From assembly GCA_044229845.1 (NCBI GenBank), contig JBGASG010000002.1:256001-320000 (forward strand): a stretch of DNA of 64,000 bases, read 5' to 3'. The stretch's first letter is position 1. Each line of letters begins with the position of its first letter. The notes beneath the pieces were generated by a model. It did no database searches, was not told the DNA's origin, and saw only the letters and a list, made by a program, of their open reading frames with translations. Shown piece after piece: positions 1-9,417 of this stretch. Source of the stretch: Candidatus Obscuribacteraceae bacterium (GTDB taxonomy: Bacteria; Cyanobacteriota; Vampirovibrionia; Obscuribacterales; Obscuribacteraceae). Position numbers and translations under genes: made by a program.

Positions 1-156
1 GACTCACCATTCGGCGAATTGACGATCGATGCCGCGGCGCAGATCGTCACGCAATTCAATGCACAAGCAGAAAAGATCCAGAAGAAACTGACTCACGAGC
101 CGACCAACTCATCGCCATCCGCGACAGGCGAACAGCCGGTGATTCAGGAACAGTAA
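1..156 (+). CDS. 3' end of a CDS entering the window (unknown product)
   Basis: Frame 1 is open from base 1 to TAA at 154-156 (DSPFGELTIDAAAQ...PVIQEQ*) and converges on the next gene. Confidence 0.6.
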   Translation, partial: DSPFGELTIDAAAQIVTQFNAQAEKIQKKLTHEPTNSSPSATGEQPVIQEQ

Positions 157-173
157 CCGCTAACCGTTACTGG

Positions 174-971
174 TTATTCGTCTTTGAGCAGCTCGAACTG
201 ATTGTTCGGATCGACTTCCGGCATTGGTTTGCGGATGTCGATCAGGTGCATCAGATAGCTGGCCACTCCCAGAATCCGCGACGTGTCGGTGAGCGTGAAA
301 TCCATAGCCGCCGGAATAGAGCGGTAGCGCAGCATGAATCCGACAAACAGGTCACGAACACCGATGCGATCGTATTCGGTGGCACTCTTATCCGTGAGCG
401 GACCGGCTTCGGCATCGAAAGCCAGGTGCACCAGTTCGGGTCCTGTGGACATGATGCTGCCCTGCGTCGCATCGCGAACACCCGCCTCCAGCTCTTGCAC
501 GGCAGCCTGAACAGCAGCGCGATACTGAGCCAGTTCGACGGGCCGCCAAGTGACATGAAAAATGCGGGGATGAAACTGCGCGGCTACAAACTCTCCGCAA
601 GGAGGTTCCGGTATGACCGGCAGCGTTGATAGGAAGCCTTTTAGACGATCGATGCGCGCCCGCACCAGCACCGGAAATTCTTCCAGTTCGCGCTCCAGAT
701 CATCCAGCTTGATGCTGGGGCGCATATAGACCTGCGATGAGAAGAACAGTGCCACCGACTCGGTCGTAAAGCACTCCTTCAGCGTATTGGATACGTTGTA
801 GACCCAGCTGAAGTTCCTCTTCTTTAGATCTTCGATTTCTTCCAGCGTGGTGACGCGATTGCGGATCAAATCCAGCCCGTTGTTTATCTCGTTTTCGAGA
901 ACTCGTTGCACCTGATCTTTAGGCATCTTCAGCGTCAGTCCGAGCGCTGGAACCGGGGGCAGCTGATTCAT
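174..971 (-). CDS. TIGR02391 (Ymh/HEPN-like) domain protein with a helical N-terminal domain
   Basis: C-terminal pattern FHPRI...YRAAVQAAVQELEAGVR...GPELVHLAF...GVRDLFVG...ILGVASYLMHLID resembles TIGR02391; the RNPxxH motif is degenerate. Confidence 0.65.
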   Translation of the reverse strand: MNQLPPVPALGLTLKMPKDQVQRVLENEINNGLDLIRNRVTTLEEIEDLKKRNFSWVYNVSNTLKECFTTESVALFFSSQVYMRPSIKLDDLERELEEFPVLVRARIDRLKGFLSTLPVIPEPPCGEFVAAQFHPRIFHVTWRPVELAQYRAAVQAAVQELEAGVRDATQGSIMSTGPELVHLAFDAEAGPLTDKSATEYDRIGVRDLFVGFMLRYRSIPAAMDFTLTDTSRILGVASYLMHLIDIRKPMPEVDPNNQFELLKDE

Positions 972-1024
972 TAGTAAGTCCCTTAAATCTCCGGGCGAAA
1001 AAACCGTTTCATCTTATCACCTAA

Positions 1025-1046
1025 GCCCAAGCGATATCGCTTGGGC
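1025..1046. repeat. GATATC-core palindromic repeat, single copy
   Basis: Perfect 22-bp palindrome GCCCAAGCGATATCGCTTGGGC. Confidence 0.9.
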
Positions 1047-1063
1047 GTTTTTCCGCCCAGCCC

Positions 1064-1123
1064 TTGACATATCTAAGCCCATGCGCCAAAATGAATATTA
1101 GAGAAATCGGTTCATTATTCATT
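1064..1123 (+). promoter_or_regulatory. Sigma70-type promoter and probable TetR operator
   Basis: TTGACA(1064-1069)-17 bp-CAAAAT(1087-1092); inverted repeat AATGAATA(1090-1097)/TATTCATT(1116-1123). Confidence 0.55.
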
Positions 1124-1206
1124 CGGGTTTGTGGCTATCCCGCCACAAAAACAGTCCCTGAATTGGCGTCCAGGCAGACAAACCTCCGGAAGGGCGGGCA
1201 GCTTAT

Positions 1207-1806
1207 ATGATGACCACAACCACGCAAAACCAAATACCCAGTAAGCGCGAACTGATCGTGCGCGCCGCGCGGCACCGTTTCCGCAAATACGGCATTCGCA
1301 AAACGTCGATGCTGGAGATTGCCACCGATGCCGGCATGGCAGTCGGCACCATCTACTTATACTTCAAAGATAAAAACGACCTGGTGATTGGCTGTTCGGA
1401 CTCGTTCGCCGAAAAGCACCAGAAGTTCGCCCGCAAGATTCTGCACGACCCGCGGCGCGCCGACGTCAAGTTGCTCGAGTACGTGACACATCGCTTCAAG
1501 GCCGTAGAAGAAACCCGCACCGGCTCCAACCACGCCGCCGACATCGCCCGCACTGTGATGACTCTGTTGCCGCAGCGCGCCGAAGAGGACAGACAGTGGC
1601 TGTATGACACCGTACTGGCTTTATTGAATGAAGGGGCGGAACAGGGCATTTTCCGGGTCGCGACGCCGCAGCTCGACGCGGAAGTGTTTGTTGAGTCGAT
1701 CCAATACTTCTTGCCGTGGGCGCACAAGCAGCCTTACAAAGAACCGACTCTGGAAAAACTACTGTTGATCACTAACTGGTTTATAGAGAAGTGGCTACTG
1801 GTTTAG
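1207..1806 (+). CDS. TetR/AcrR family transcriptional regulator
   Basis: N-terminal HTH: FRKYGIRKTSMLEIATDAGMAVGTIYLYFKDK. Confidence 0.93.
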   Translation: MMTTTTQNQIPSKRELIVRAARHRFRKYGIRKTSMLEIATDAGMAVGTIYLYFKDKNDLVIGCSDSFAEKHQKFARKILHDPRRADVKLLEYVTHRFKAVEETRTGSNHAADIARTVMTLLPQRAEEDRQWLYDTVLALLNEGAEQGIFRVATPQLDAEVFVESIQYFLPWAHKQPYKEPTLEKLLLITNWFIEKWLLV

Positions 1807-3131
1807 CAAACGCTGACGGCGAAACCCGTATCGCGCCTTATCGCGCGGACAGACCGATTAGCCGACTGGCCACGCAGCGCGTCATCAACGATGTGTATGC
1901 CGGGCTCGGCTTACCGGCTCCGCAGATTATCTGGTGCGCCAGTCCGCGCCAGGTTATGGTACTGCCGGCGATGCTGGATTTGTGGCAGCGGCTGGTCGCC
2001 CATAAATTGCGGCACAACCCTGCGGGTGCGGCGCGCGAGGAGATTGCCGCGCAGCTGACGTTGTCTTTCTCGCAAGAACCCTGGCGCTCGTGCTGGCTGC
2101 ATCTGACCTCGCACTGCACCGACGAAGTGGTGCAAAAGCTCGATGAGATATTGTGTGATTTCGATGAACAGTACATTATGCAGATCGGCTTTCCGATCGA
2201 CGTAGACGTATTAGGCAAGCTTCAGATCAATCGTTTTCGAGGCGTGCCTTTGATCAATGAGCAAGTTCGGATGGAGAGAAACATCGGACCGGGAGTGCGG
2301 CCGTTGGCGAAATCGTCGGCGGTGAGCCAGTGGCCGCTTAACCAGCGACTGATGCGCGACTCGATTTGTATGTCGGCACAACTGGTGGAACAACTCGACG
2401 CCTACATGGCATGCGCTCCACAGTTATTTGAAAGGCAGTCGGAACTGGAGTTGACTGCCGGCACAAATAATATCTTCCCGCCGATGCGCACCGCCGAACC
2501 TCGCATTTTGCATGGCCGGTTGCGCACGGCAGTTCTGCACTCGCTGCAGGCGGTGATGCGGCGAGTCAGTATGGACATTCGTTATGACACACAACTCGAA
2601 AACAACGTGCAATTGTTATCGAGGGCGCCCGATGCGCCCTGGTGCTATCTGTTTCTCGAACACTACTGCTTCATCAGCGAACGCCCGATGGCGATAGCCA
2701 TGGATCAATTGTGGCGCCCACATAATCCGGATGGACCGGCGTTGAAATTTTTCGACGGCTATTCCGTTTATTCATTGCATGGGCGATTGAGCAACCCGCA
2801 CCTGATCGAAAAATCGGCATGCCCAATGACCGAACCCAGCGAAGCGCGAAAAGTGCAAGCGGTGAATGATTTGTGCTTGCGCCAGTTCGAGTCGCAGGAA
2901 CACTTTGATGAGACCTGCACCGTGAAGGTCTGCGAAGACGCTTCCGGTGTGCTCTACGAACGGTCCGACGTAGGAAACTTTGTCCGTGTCGAGGATGCCA
3001 CCACGACCATCCATGGAGACCGCAAGGTTTATGTCCTCTGCGTGCCGTCGGAGATCTCCTCCGCGCACGAAGCCGTCGCCTGGACCTTCCAACTCTCCGT
3101 GGATGAATACGGACCGAAAGTGGAAACCTGA
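1791..3131 (+). CDS. DUF6745-like domain protein
   Basis: HNPDGPALKFFDGYSVYSLHG and C-terminal VEDATT...YVLCVPSEISSAHEAVAWTF...YGPKVET signatures. Confidence 0.7.
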   Translation: MATGLANADGETRIAPYRADRPISRLATQRVINDVYAGLGLPAPQIIWCASPRQVMVLPAMLDLWQRLVAHKLRHNPAGAAREEIAAQLTLSFSQEPWRSCWLHLTSHCTDEVVQKLDEILCDFDEQYIMQIGFPIDVDVLGKLQINRFRGVPLINEQVRMERNIGPGVRPLAKSSAVSQWPLNQRLMRDSICMSAQLVEQLDAYMACAPQLFERQSELELTAGTNNIFPPMRTAEPRILHGRLRTAVLHSLQAVMRRVSMDIRYDTQLENNVQLLSRAPDAPWCYLFLEHYCFISERPMAIAMDQLWRPHNPDGPALKFFDGYSVYSLHGRLSNPHLIEKSACPMTEPSEARKVQAVNDLCLRQFESQEHFDETCTVKVCEDASGVLYERSDVGNFVRVEDATTTIHGDRKVYVLCVPSEISSAHEAVAWTFQLSVDEYGPKVET

Positions 3132-3137
3132 ACTAAC

Positions 3138-4193
3138 TCACTTCGCTGGTTGCTTCGCTGCTTGTTCCTTGCGGTATTCATCAAGCAGAAACTGCACTCT
3201 GGCTGCCGGAATCACATAAGACTTGTTGTCGAGGTTGCTGTAGACAGTGATTCCTCTGATGGCGGAAGTGCCGGCCCTGGTGATACCATCGCTGGTTTTC
3301 TCGGATCCCGGCACACTGAGAACGACTCCACCCGAATAGCCGTGCGGAACAGTAGCTTCCAGTTCGTATATGGTTCTGTCCGGGAGGACGTATGGCGGTT
3401 GTTGATCGAACGGAACGTCTTTCTGAGTCAGCATCCGCCCATATCGAGTCTTTGCCATGCTGATCTTGCCTTCGCCGTTGGCATTGCCCATCTCAACGAG
3501 AGGCTCGCGCTCTCGCCAGCTGGTTGACTTGCTGAGCGGCAGAGCCGCAAAAGTCTCGCCGCTGGTGTGGTCGAGCTGGAGAAGAGCCAGGTCTTGTTTC
3601 TCATTTACTTTCACGACTCGCGCGTGGCGTACTTCCTCGGTTCCATCCGGTCTCAGCAATCTCACATCGAGAACACCGTTAGAGCCCTCGACGACATGGT
3701 GATTTGTGACCATGATGCCATCTTGCGAAATCATCGCGGCAGTGCCAGCACTCTTAAGCGTTCCATTTGTAAAAGAAACCGGACGCACGGCAGGCAGTGC
3801 GTGCACAAAAACATCGAGTCGGCGGCTGTCCATCGTGACGCCTTCTGTAGTCAGCCTTTCCAGCTTGGGTCTGGGTTGAAGTGTGGAGTCCCCATCGGTA
3901 TCTGCCCGCATGACGGGCGTTTTCAGCTCTCGGGAGCGACCGCTGCCATCGACCTGCCCGTAATAGCAAGAGTCGAATTCGACTGCGGAGAGCTGGGAGG
4001 CGTCTTTTCCGCTTCGGCGCACGGCATTGCAATCTGCGCCAGGAGTGCCGGGAGTATGCACCTGCTGAACGAAGGCATCGAGTGGTTTATGGACGTTTCC
4101 CTCATCGAAGGGTCCGCCCAGCTTCTTCTCCGGAGGCGCAGGCTCCGCCTTCTTCTCCTCCGGTTCGCTTTTCCAAAACCAGTTCCAGTTCAT
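3138..4193 (-). CDS. Trypsin-like (S1) serine protease
   Basis: Catalytic motifs TNHHVV, QDLALL, GYSGG. Confidence 0.85.
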   Translation of the reverse strand: MNWNWFWKSEPEEKKAEPAPPEKKLGGPFDEGNVHKPLDAFVQQVHTPGTPGADCNAVRRSGKDASQLSAVEFDSCYYGQVDGSGRSRELKTPVMRADTDGDSTLQPRPKLERLTTEGVTMDSRRLDVFVHALPAVRPVSFTNGTLKSAGTAAMISQDGIMVTNHHVVEGSNGVLDVRLLRPDGTEEVRHARVVKVNEKQDLALLQLDHTSGETFAALPLSKSTSWREREPLVEMGNANGEGKISMAKTRYGRMLTQKDVPFDQQPPYVLPDRTIYELEATVPHGYSGGVVLSVPGSEKTSDGITRAGTSAIRGITVYSNLDNKSYVIPAARVQFLLDEYRKEQAAKQPAK

Positions 4194-4273
4194 GCCAGCC
4201 TCCGGGACTCCAGGAATCCGGCTCCTTCGAGAGCAGGTTCCATTTAATTCCTTATACCCGCAAAAAGGCTGGA

Positions 4274-5132
4274 TTAAATCGTGGGGGCGGTGATGCGGGG
4301 TTGATCGGCAACCCAGCGATCGTGGCGCATCAGGGTGACGATGGCGTGACCGGTAAAGTCTTCGAATTCTTCCTGAGCCATTTGGTACAAATTGCGGCTA
4401 GGGGAGGCACCAGATGTGGTGGTGATACCAGATGGATTGGGAGCGGAGTCGCGATATGCCACCATGACAGGATCACCGAGCCATTCCTGGAAGAAACCAT
4501 CATGTCCCTTCTGCCGGCTGGCGGTGTCCGCAATCAGCAAGCCGACGGCGAACGCTGATGCACCTTGAAGCAACCGGGTAGCGCCTTCCAGAATGCGGAA
4601 ATTGCGCGCACGCAACTTGATGGATGCAGGATCGATGTATTGACGGCGTTTCAAATTGACGACTACGAATTCCGGTTCAGCAATGGTTTCATCATTCCAT
4701 TGCGCGCGCTGATCTTCGTATCCTTTCACGAGCGCACGCTGCAACGCCAGTCGTAAGTGCTCGCAGTCGGTGGTGACAGCCAACTCTGTGAGGACGCTTA
4801 ATGTTTGCGCGTCAACTTCATGCTGGTGTCGGTTTACCAAAAGCGCCAGGCGATCTGCCATGACGGGATCAAATGCGCAGAGCATGCCGATTGCTTTGAC
4901 CGGCGACATCAGGGCGACCGTGGTCATCACCAGTGACGATCACCGTGTCACCAGCCCAATAACCAATCAACTGATGCGCGCGGTGCTGCGGCGCGATATC
5001 GCTGACCAGAAGACCCAGCGTCAGCCCTTGCGTGGCGCTGAGCAAGCCGTTGAAGCGCGAATTGAATGGCAGGCGGTGATGCGACAGATATTGCCGCTTC
5101 GCTGGATTTACGGTGATGAAATATTCGCCCAT
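4274..5132 (-). pseudogene. Frameshifted gene for a protein with an internally duplicated unknown domain
   Basis: ORF 4869-5141 (MGEYFITVNPAKRQYL...GLLV...WAGDTV) is homologous to the second half of ORF 4274-4930 (EFVVVNLKRRQYI...GLLI...WLGDPV); the frame changes near 4900. Confidence 0.6.
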
Positions 5133-5231
5133 CTGAACCATCAGGCCTCGTTGCGGGGCTTGCCCAAGCTGCCGCTTGGCATGAGATAATAGTCTATCTC
5201 GAAAAAGCTTCTCGCCAGGCTAAAGTTAAGA

Positions 5232-6983
5232 TTGGACAGCGCTCATATTATAGAACGGACTTCACGCCCTGCTGCACTGCATCGACTGCTGACGGGACTG
5301 TTCGCGCTTTTCTGCATTTTACATCTGTCCTTCGCGGCGACGGCTAACGCCGCAGGACCCGCAGATGCCGCCGCTGACAGCACCCCGATTCGCGACAAGT
5401 GGGCATTGATTATTGGCATCAGCAAGTTCGCCATGCCGTCGCTCAACTTGAAATTCGCAGCCAAGGACGCGGCTGACTTCAAAGAATTTCTGATTACGAA
5501 GTGTCACTTCGCACCTGACCACATCAAGCTCATGACAAACGAGCAGTGCACCAAAGAGCGCATCATGGACGTGCTCGGCGACAGCTGGTTGCCGAGGGTT
5601 GCCCTGCCGGACGACCTGGTTGTGGTCTTCATCTCGAGTCATGGCAGTCCGGCAGACATGGATGTGCGCGGGTCGAACTTCATCGTCACCTACGACACCA
5701 ATCCGGATCACTTGTATGCAACCGGATTGTCGTTGATGGAAATCGCAGTTTCTCTGAAAGATCGCGTGCACACTGGCCGTAGTATTTTGATTTTGGACGC
5801 GTGCCACTCCGCCGCCGACAACGACACCGGCAAAGGTCTCAATCGCGTGCTCAACTTCGACGTCAATCAAGTTGCCGCCGGCAGCGGCAGCATTGTGTTG
5901 AGCTCTAGTGAGAAATCGCAGCGCTCGTGGGAATCGAAGAACTACCAGAACGGCATCTTCACTCATACATTGATGGAAGCATTGCAAAGCAAGGGCGAAA
6001 GCACCAAATTGGGTGACGCATTTGCCTATTTGAAGGACAACGTGCAGGCGCAAACGGCGGCAGAGCGCGGCATGATTCAAACTCCGTGCATGGCGAAAGG
6101 TATGTGGAAAGGTCCCGACCTGGTGCTTGGTGCCAAGCCCGCGTCGCCGCGTAAGGCTTTGATAGATCCGAACACGGTCGGGCTCGGGCCGACTGCCATG
6201 CTTCCAAAAACGACGACGCCGACAGGTGAGCTGCCGGTGCCGGCTGCGGTTCAGCCAGCACCGCAAACGGGGCAGATACCGCCACCAAATCTCATGGGCA
6301 AGCAACCTCCGAAAATCGCGGCGAACATGACTTCGGGAACTACAGTCGCGCCTCGTCGGTTCGGCACCGCTCCCAGCATCGAGGGAGTTTGGATCGGCGG
6401 ACCGCCACTTAACCTCCGATACATATTCCAGCAGAACGGACGCAAGTGTCCGTGGCAGGTGCCCGATTATGGCACCACCGGTAATTCAACAATCAGCGAA
6501 GATGGCACCACGATGGCATCTTCCTGGAGCGGTCCCCTATCGGTGGGCAGTAACAATGCGACGCTTACCGTCAATGAAAATAACGTCGTCACTCTGATCA
6601 CTGCCGACGACGGACAAATGCTGCACCGTGAAGGTGGCGGCGGCATGACCTCGCCTAATTCGGTAAACATGCAGCAGATGCCCCAAACGACGACCACGCA
6701 AAATTACACCGGCGGCTTTCCGGATGTATCGGGTGTCTGGTTGAGCACGAGCGGATCGACTTATCAGGTGACGCAGTCAGGCAACAAGTTCGCCTGGACA
6801 AGCGCCACCGACGGCGAAGTCGGCATGGGCATGATCATGCCGGATCGCATGCATGCCACTTGCGCCTGGAAGGGGCGCACATCGGGAAGCTGCGATCTAT
6901 ATATTCAGTCCGACAGCACGGGGCGAGCCTTGAAAATGCTCAGCACCTCCGGTAGTGGCATGATCAGAGTACCGGGACAGTGA
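5232..6983 (+). CDS. Exported caspase-family (peptidase C14) protein with Pro-rich linker and two C-terminal repeats
   Basis: Signal-like N-terminus; KWALIIGIS, SSHG (His), DACHS (Cys), GIFT; repeats PSIEGVW... and PDVSGVW... Confidence 0.88.
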   Translation: MDSAHIIERTSRPAALHRLLTGLFALFCILHLSFAATANAAGPADAAADSTPIRDKWALIIGISKFAMPSLNLKFAAKDAADFKEFLITKCHFAPDHIKLMTNEQCTKERIMDVLGDSWLPRVALPDDLVVVFISSHGSPADMDVRGSNFIVTYDTNPDHLYATGLSLMEIAVSLKDRVHTGRSILILDACHSAADNDTGKGLNRVLNFDVNQVAAGSGSIVLSSSEKSQRSWESKNYQNGIFTHTLMEALQSKGESTKLGDAFAYLKDNVQAQTAAERGMIQTPCMAKGMWKGPDLVLGAKPASPRKALIDPNTVGLGPTAMLPKTTTPTGELPVPAAVQPAPQTGQIPPPNLMGKQPPKIAANMTSGTTVAPRRFGTAPSIEGVWIGGPPLNLRYIFQQNGRKCPWQVPDYGTTGNSTISEDGTTMASSWSGPLSVGSNNATLTVNENNVVTLITADDGQMLHREGGGGMTSPNSVNMQQMPQTTTTQNYTGGFPDVSGVWLSTSGSTYQVTQSGNKFAWTSATDGEVGMGMIMPDRMHATCAWKGRTSGSCDLYIQSDSTGRALKMLSTSGSGMIRVPGQ

Positions 6984-6993
6984 GCAGATATCG

Positions 6994-7779
6994 ATGAAAA
7001 ACTGGCTGACTTCCAAGTTGATCACTCTGCTCTCTGCGGGCGCTGCGCTCACATTCCTAATTGTCGATGCGTCAGCCGAGACGGCGTCGAGCTTGAAGGC
7101 GGTGCAAGACCTGGAACCGAAGTTCAAACAAGATCCCAAACGCTGGAAATCAGATATGTCGAACGCCTGTTTCCGTCTCGCCACCGATTACTTCCGCGAC
7201 AAGAAATTCGCGGAGGCGAAAGCGGCATATCTGAAGTGCGAAGAAGTAGAACTCAAAGGCGTGGACGGCAAAGCTTCGTCGATGGCTCTGGCTGGTGCCG
7301 GCTACTGCTGCGTCGAACTCAAGCAATGGAATGAAGCCGAGAAATACCTCGGGCAAGCGCAGGTCATGAAGGACTCAGGCGATATGGGCGGAGAGTCGAT
7401 ATTGCTTGCCTTGGGAAAGGTCTATGAAAACACCAATCGGGTGAAGCTGGCCGAGAAGACCTTCCGCAAAGTGGCCGATGACGTGGCGAAGCGAGAAGCC
7501 GGGATGCCCCGACCGATCAGTTCGCCGGCCGCGTTCGACGCGTTGGCTCAGTTCCTGGAACACCAGGGCAACACCAAGGAAGCCGAAGAGTGGTATCAAA
7601 AGGTGGTGAAGCTGCGTCCGAATGCGCACGCTTATGGGCAACAGATTGAGTGCTTGCGACACTATGCTGCATTATTGAAGAAACAGAAACGCGCCGGTGA
7701 GGCTGCAACTCTGGAACGCCAGGCGAACGAACTTGCACAAACGCAAAAGCAATTGAATAAGTCAGGCGCGGATTACTGA
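6994..7779 (+). CDS. Exported TPR protein
   Basis: Hydrophobic N-terminus, several TPR-like helical repeats; starts 10 nt after the caspase gene. Confidence 0.85.
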   Translation: MKNWLTSKLITLLSAGAALTFLIVDASAETASSLKAVQDLEPKFKQDPKRWKSDMSNACFRLATDYFRDKKFAEAKAAYLKCEEVELKGVDGKASSMALAGAGYCCVELKQWNEAEKYLGQAQVMKDSGDMGGESILLALGKVYENTNRVKLAEKTFRKVADDVAKREAGMPRPISSPAAFDALAQFLEHQGNTKEAEEWYQKVVKLRPNAHAYGQQIECLRHYAALLKKQKRAGEAATLERQANELAQTQKQLNKSGADY

Positions 7780-7783
7780 CCCG

Positions 7784-8512
7784 CTAATCGTCGTGAGTGC
7801 CGTCGCCGGGGAACCAATTGTCCCACCATTCCTGTATTTGAAGTGTTTCGCCGATCTCGTCGAACTCTGCTTCCGAACTCATGGCGCAATGCATGAAATA
7901 ACCACCGGGAGTACTGTCGTCTTCAAAAGTAACGATCGACCGCCCATCGCTGTAGAACACTTCGATGTGCGACAGACGCTCTGCTTTTAACTGCAGCACC
8001 AGCGGAAACTGAGTGCGAATGCGTTTGATCGTCTCTTTATCTATTTCTGCCAGTCCACCGACTGGTGCGCCACCATTACCCAGTTGCCAGTGCAGCTCCA
8101 TGATCAAGAACTGACTCAATGTGCCACCCCATTCAAACCACTCGCCGTCAACATCTTCGGCGACCAAGACCTTCGGATCTTCTTGGTTTGGATCGTCAGC
8201 ATCAAATGAATAGAAGCCTGATTCGTGCTCTTCGTAGAACACCACACGACAGCCGGCGCGCTCCAACGGCAGTCCGGATCGCCACGAAGTTTCCGCATGC
8301 TCTACCGGTTCTCGCATGCGGTCGATAGCGCAATGCAGGCGCCTGAAGTTTCCACAAAGTCTATAGACATCTACAAGTGCGGTCGGCAACTTGGTGTTCA
8401 GCCCCGCTTCGGCGGCAGCGATTTCAGACGGCGGAACAGACCACTCAGGTTTCGGTTCACCGTAAATGCCCATCAGGACGTCGCTATAAGTGGCGAAAAA
8501 CTGACTCGGCAT
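7784..8512 (-). CDS. SMI1/KNR4 (SUKH)-like protein
   Basis: SEIAAAEAGLNTKLPTALVDVY, EDPKV, TLSQFL motifs; GGAGG RBS before ATG at 8512. Confidence 0.7.
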   Translation of the reverse strand: MPSQFFATYSDVLMGIYGEPKPEWSVPPSEIAAAEAGLNTKLPTALVDVYRLCGNFRRLHCAIDRMREPVEHAETSWRSGLPLERAGCRVVFYEEHESGFYSFDADDPNQEDPKVLVAEDVDGEWFEWGGTLSQFLIMELHWQLGNGGAPVGGLAEIDKETIKRIRTQFPLVLQLKAERLSHIEVFYSDGRSIVTFEDDSTPGGYFMHCAMSSEAEFDEIGETLQIQEWWDNWFPGDGTHDD

Positions 8513-8589
8513 GAAACCTCCGGTTCGTAGACAACCGGATAGCCCGCCCTGGCTTGACAAGTATAGGTTTCGCCGGCCCTGGAGGCAAA

Positions 8590-9396
8590 TTAAACCTCGG
8601 AAGCTCCGAATTCGCCAGTTGTTTCGAGTTTGCATAACTGCTCTTCCCGAAGATCAAGAATCGCCTTGAGCAGGCGTGCATCCTCATCGACGACTTCGCA
8701 TGGAAACGTATAACCATATTGTGAATCCCACCAGCAGTCGTAAACCAAGACCTCGGTCCCTCCGGACAAATCGATTTTCGAGTCATCACCCAAACCGGAA
8801 TCGATGCCGAGTAAATCTACAGACAATACCGCACGTTCACCGGGCTTGAATGGCGCGCATTCCAGCATCTTGTAGAGTCGCGCGAAATGCGGACTTGGTT
8901 CCTCTGGGCAATCATCATCGTCTTGCCTCAACTCGACATGCGCTCCTACCTCAAGATACACCCATTCTGAGAAGTGCTCGAGCACTTTCTCGGCTTTGCC
9001 ACCAAACTCATCGATGCAGTACACCGGCGGATCGCTTTCACCGCTGGCGGTATCAAGGTAAAATACCTGTCCATCGCCGTCTGCGAATACGAACGCAGTC
9101 TTGGCCCATTCTCTCTTCCATGTTGGTTTCCACGCTCTGATGGTTTCGATGTGCTTAGTGACAAGGCTCGGGTAGGAGGCTGTGTAATCACCGAGGAAAT
9201 AACCGCGATGACGTCCGAAGCACCGGAGAAACTCTTTGTACATTTCGGGAAGCTTAACCTTGCAAGTATTTTCCAGACACGCAATGTCAAACTCAATGCA
9301 TCCATCTATCCGGCCGCTATATTCGAGATTTCCAGGAGCATTCAAAATCTCCGCCATCTCCTCGAAACTCATGCGCTTCGCGTTCTCGGATTTCAT
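8590..9396 (-). CDS. SMI1/KNR4 (SUKH) family protein with extra C-terminal domain
   Basis: IACLENTCKVKLPEMYKEFLRCFG, ESDPPVY, HFSEWV. Confidence 0.75.
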   Translation of the reverse strand: MKSENAKRMSFEEMAEILNAPGNLEYSGRIDGCIEFDIACLENTCKVKLPEMYKEFLRCFGRHRGYFLGDYTASYPSLVTKHIETIRAWKPTWKREWAKTAFVFADGDGQVFYLDTASGESDPPVYCIDEFGGKAEKVLEHFSEWVYLEVGAHVELRQDDDDCPEEPSPHFARLYKMLECAPFKPGERAVLSVDLLGIDSGLGDDSKIDLSGGTEVLVYDCWWDSQYGYTFPCEVVDEDARLLKAILDLREEQLCKLETTGEFGASEV

Positions 9397-9417
9397 AACT
9401 ACTTCGTGTGGCTCCTA

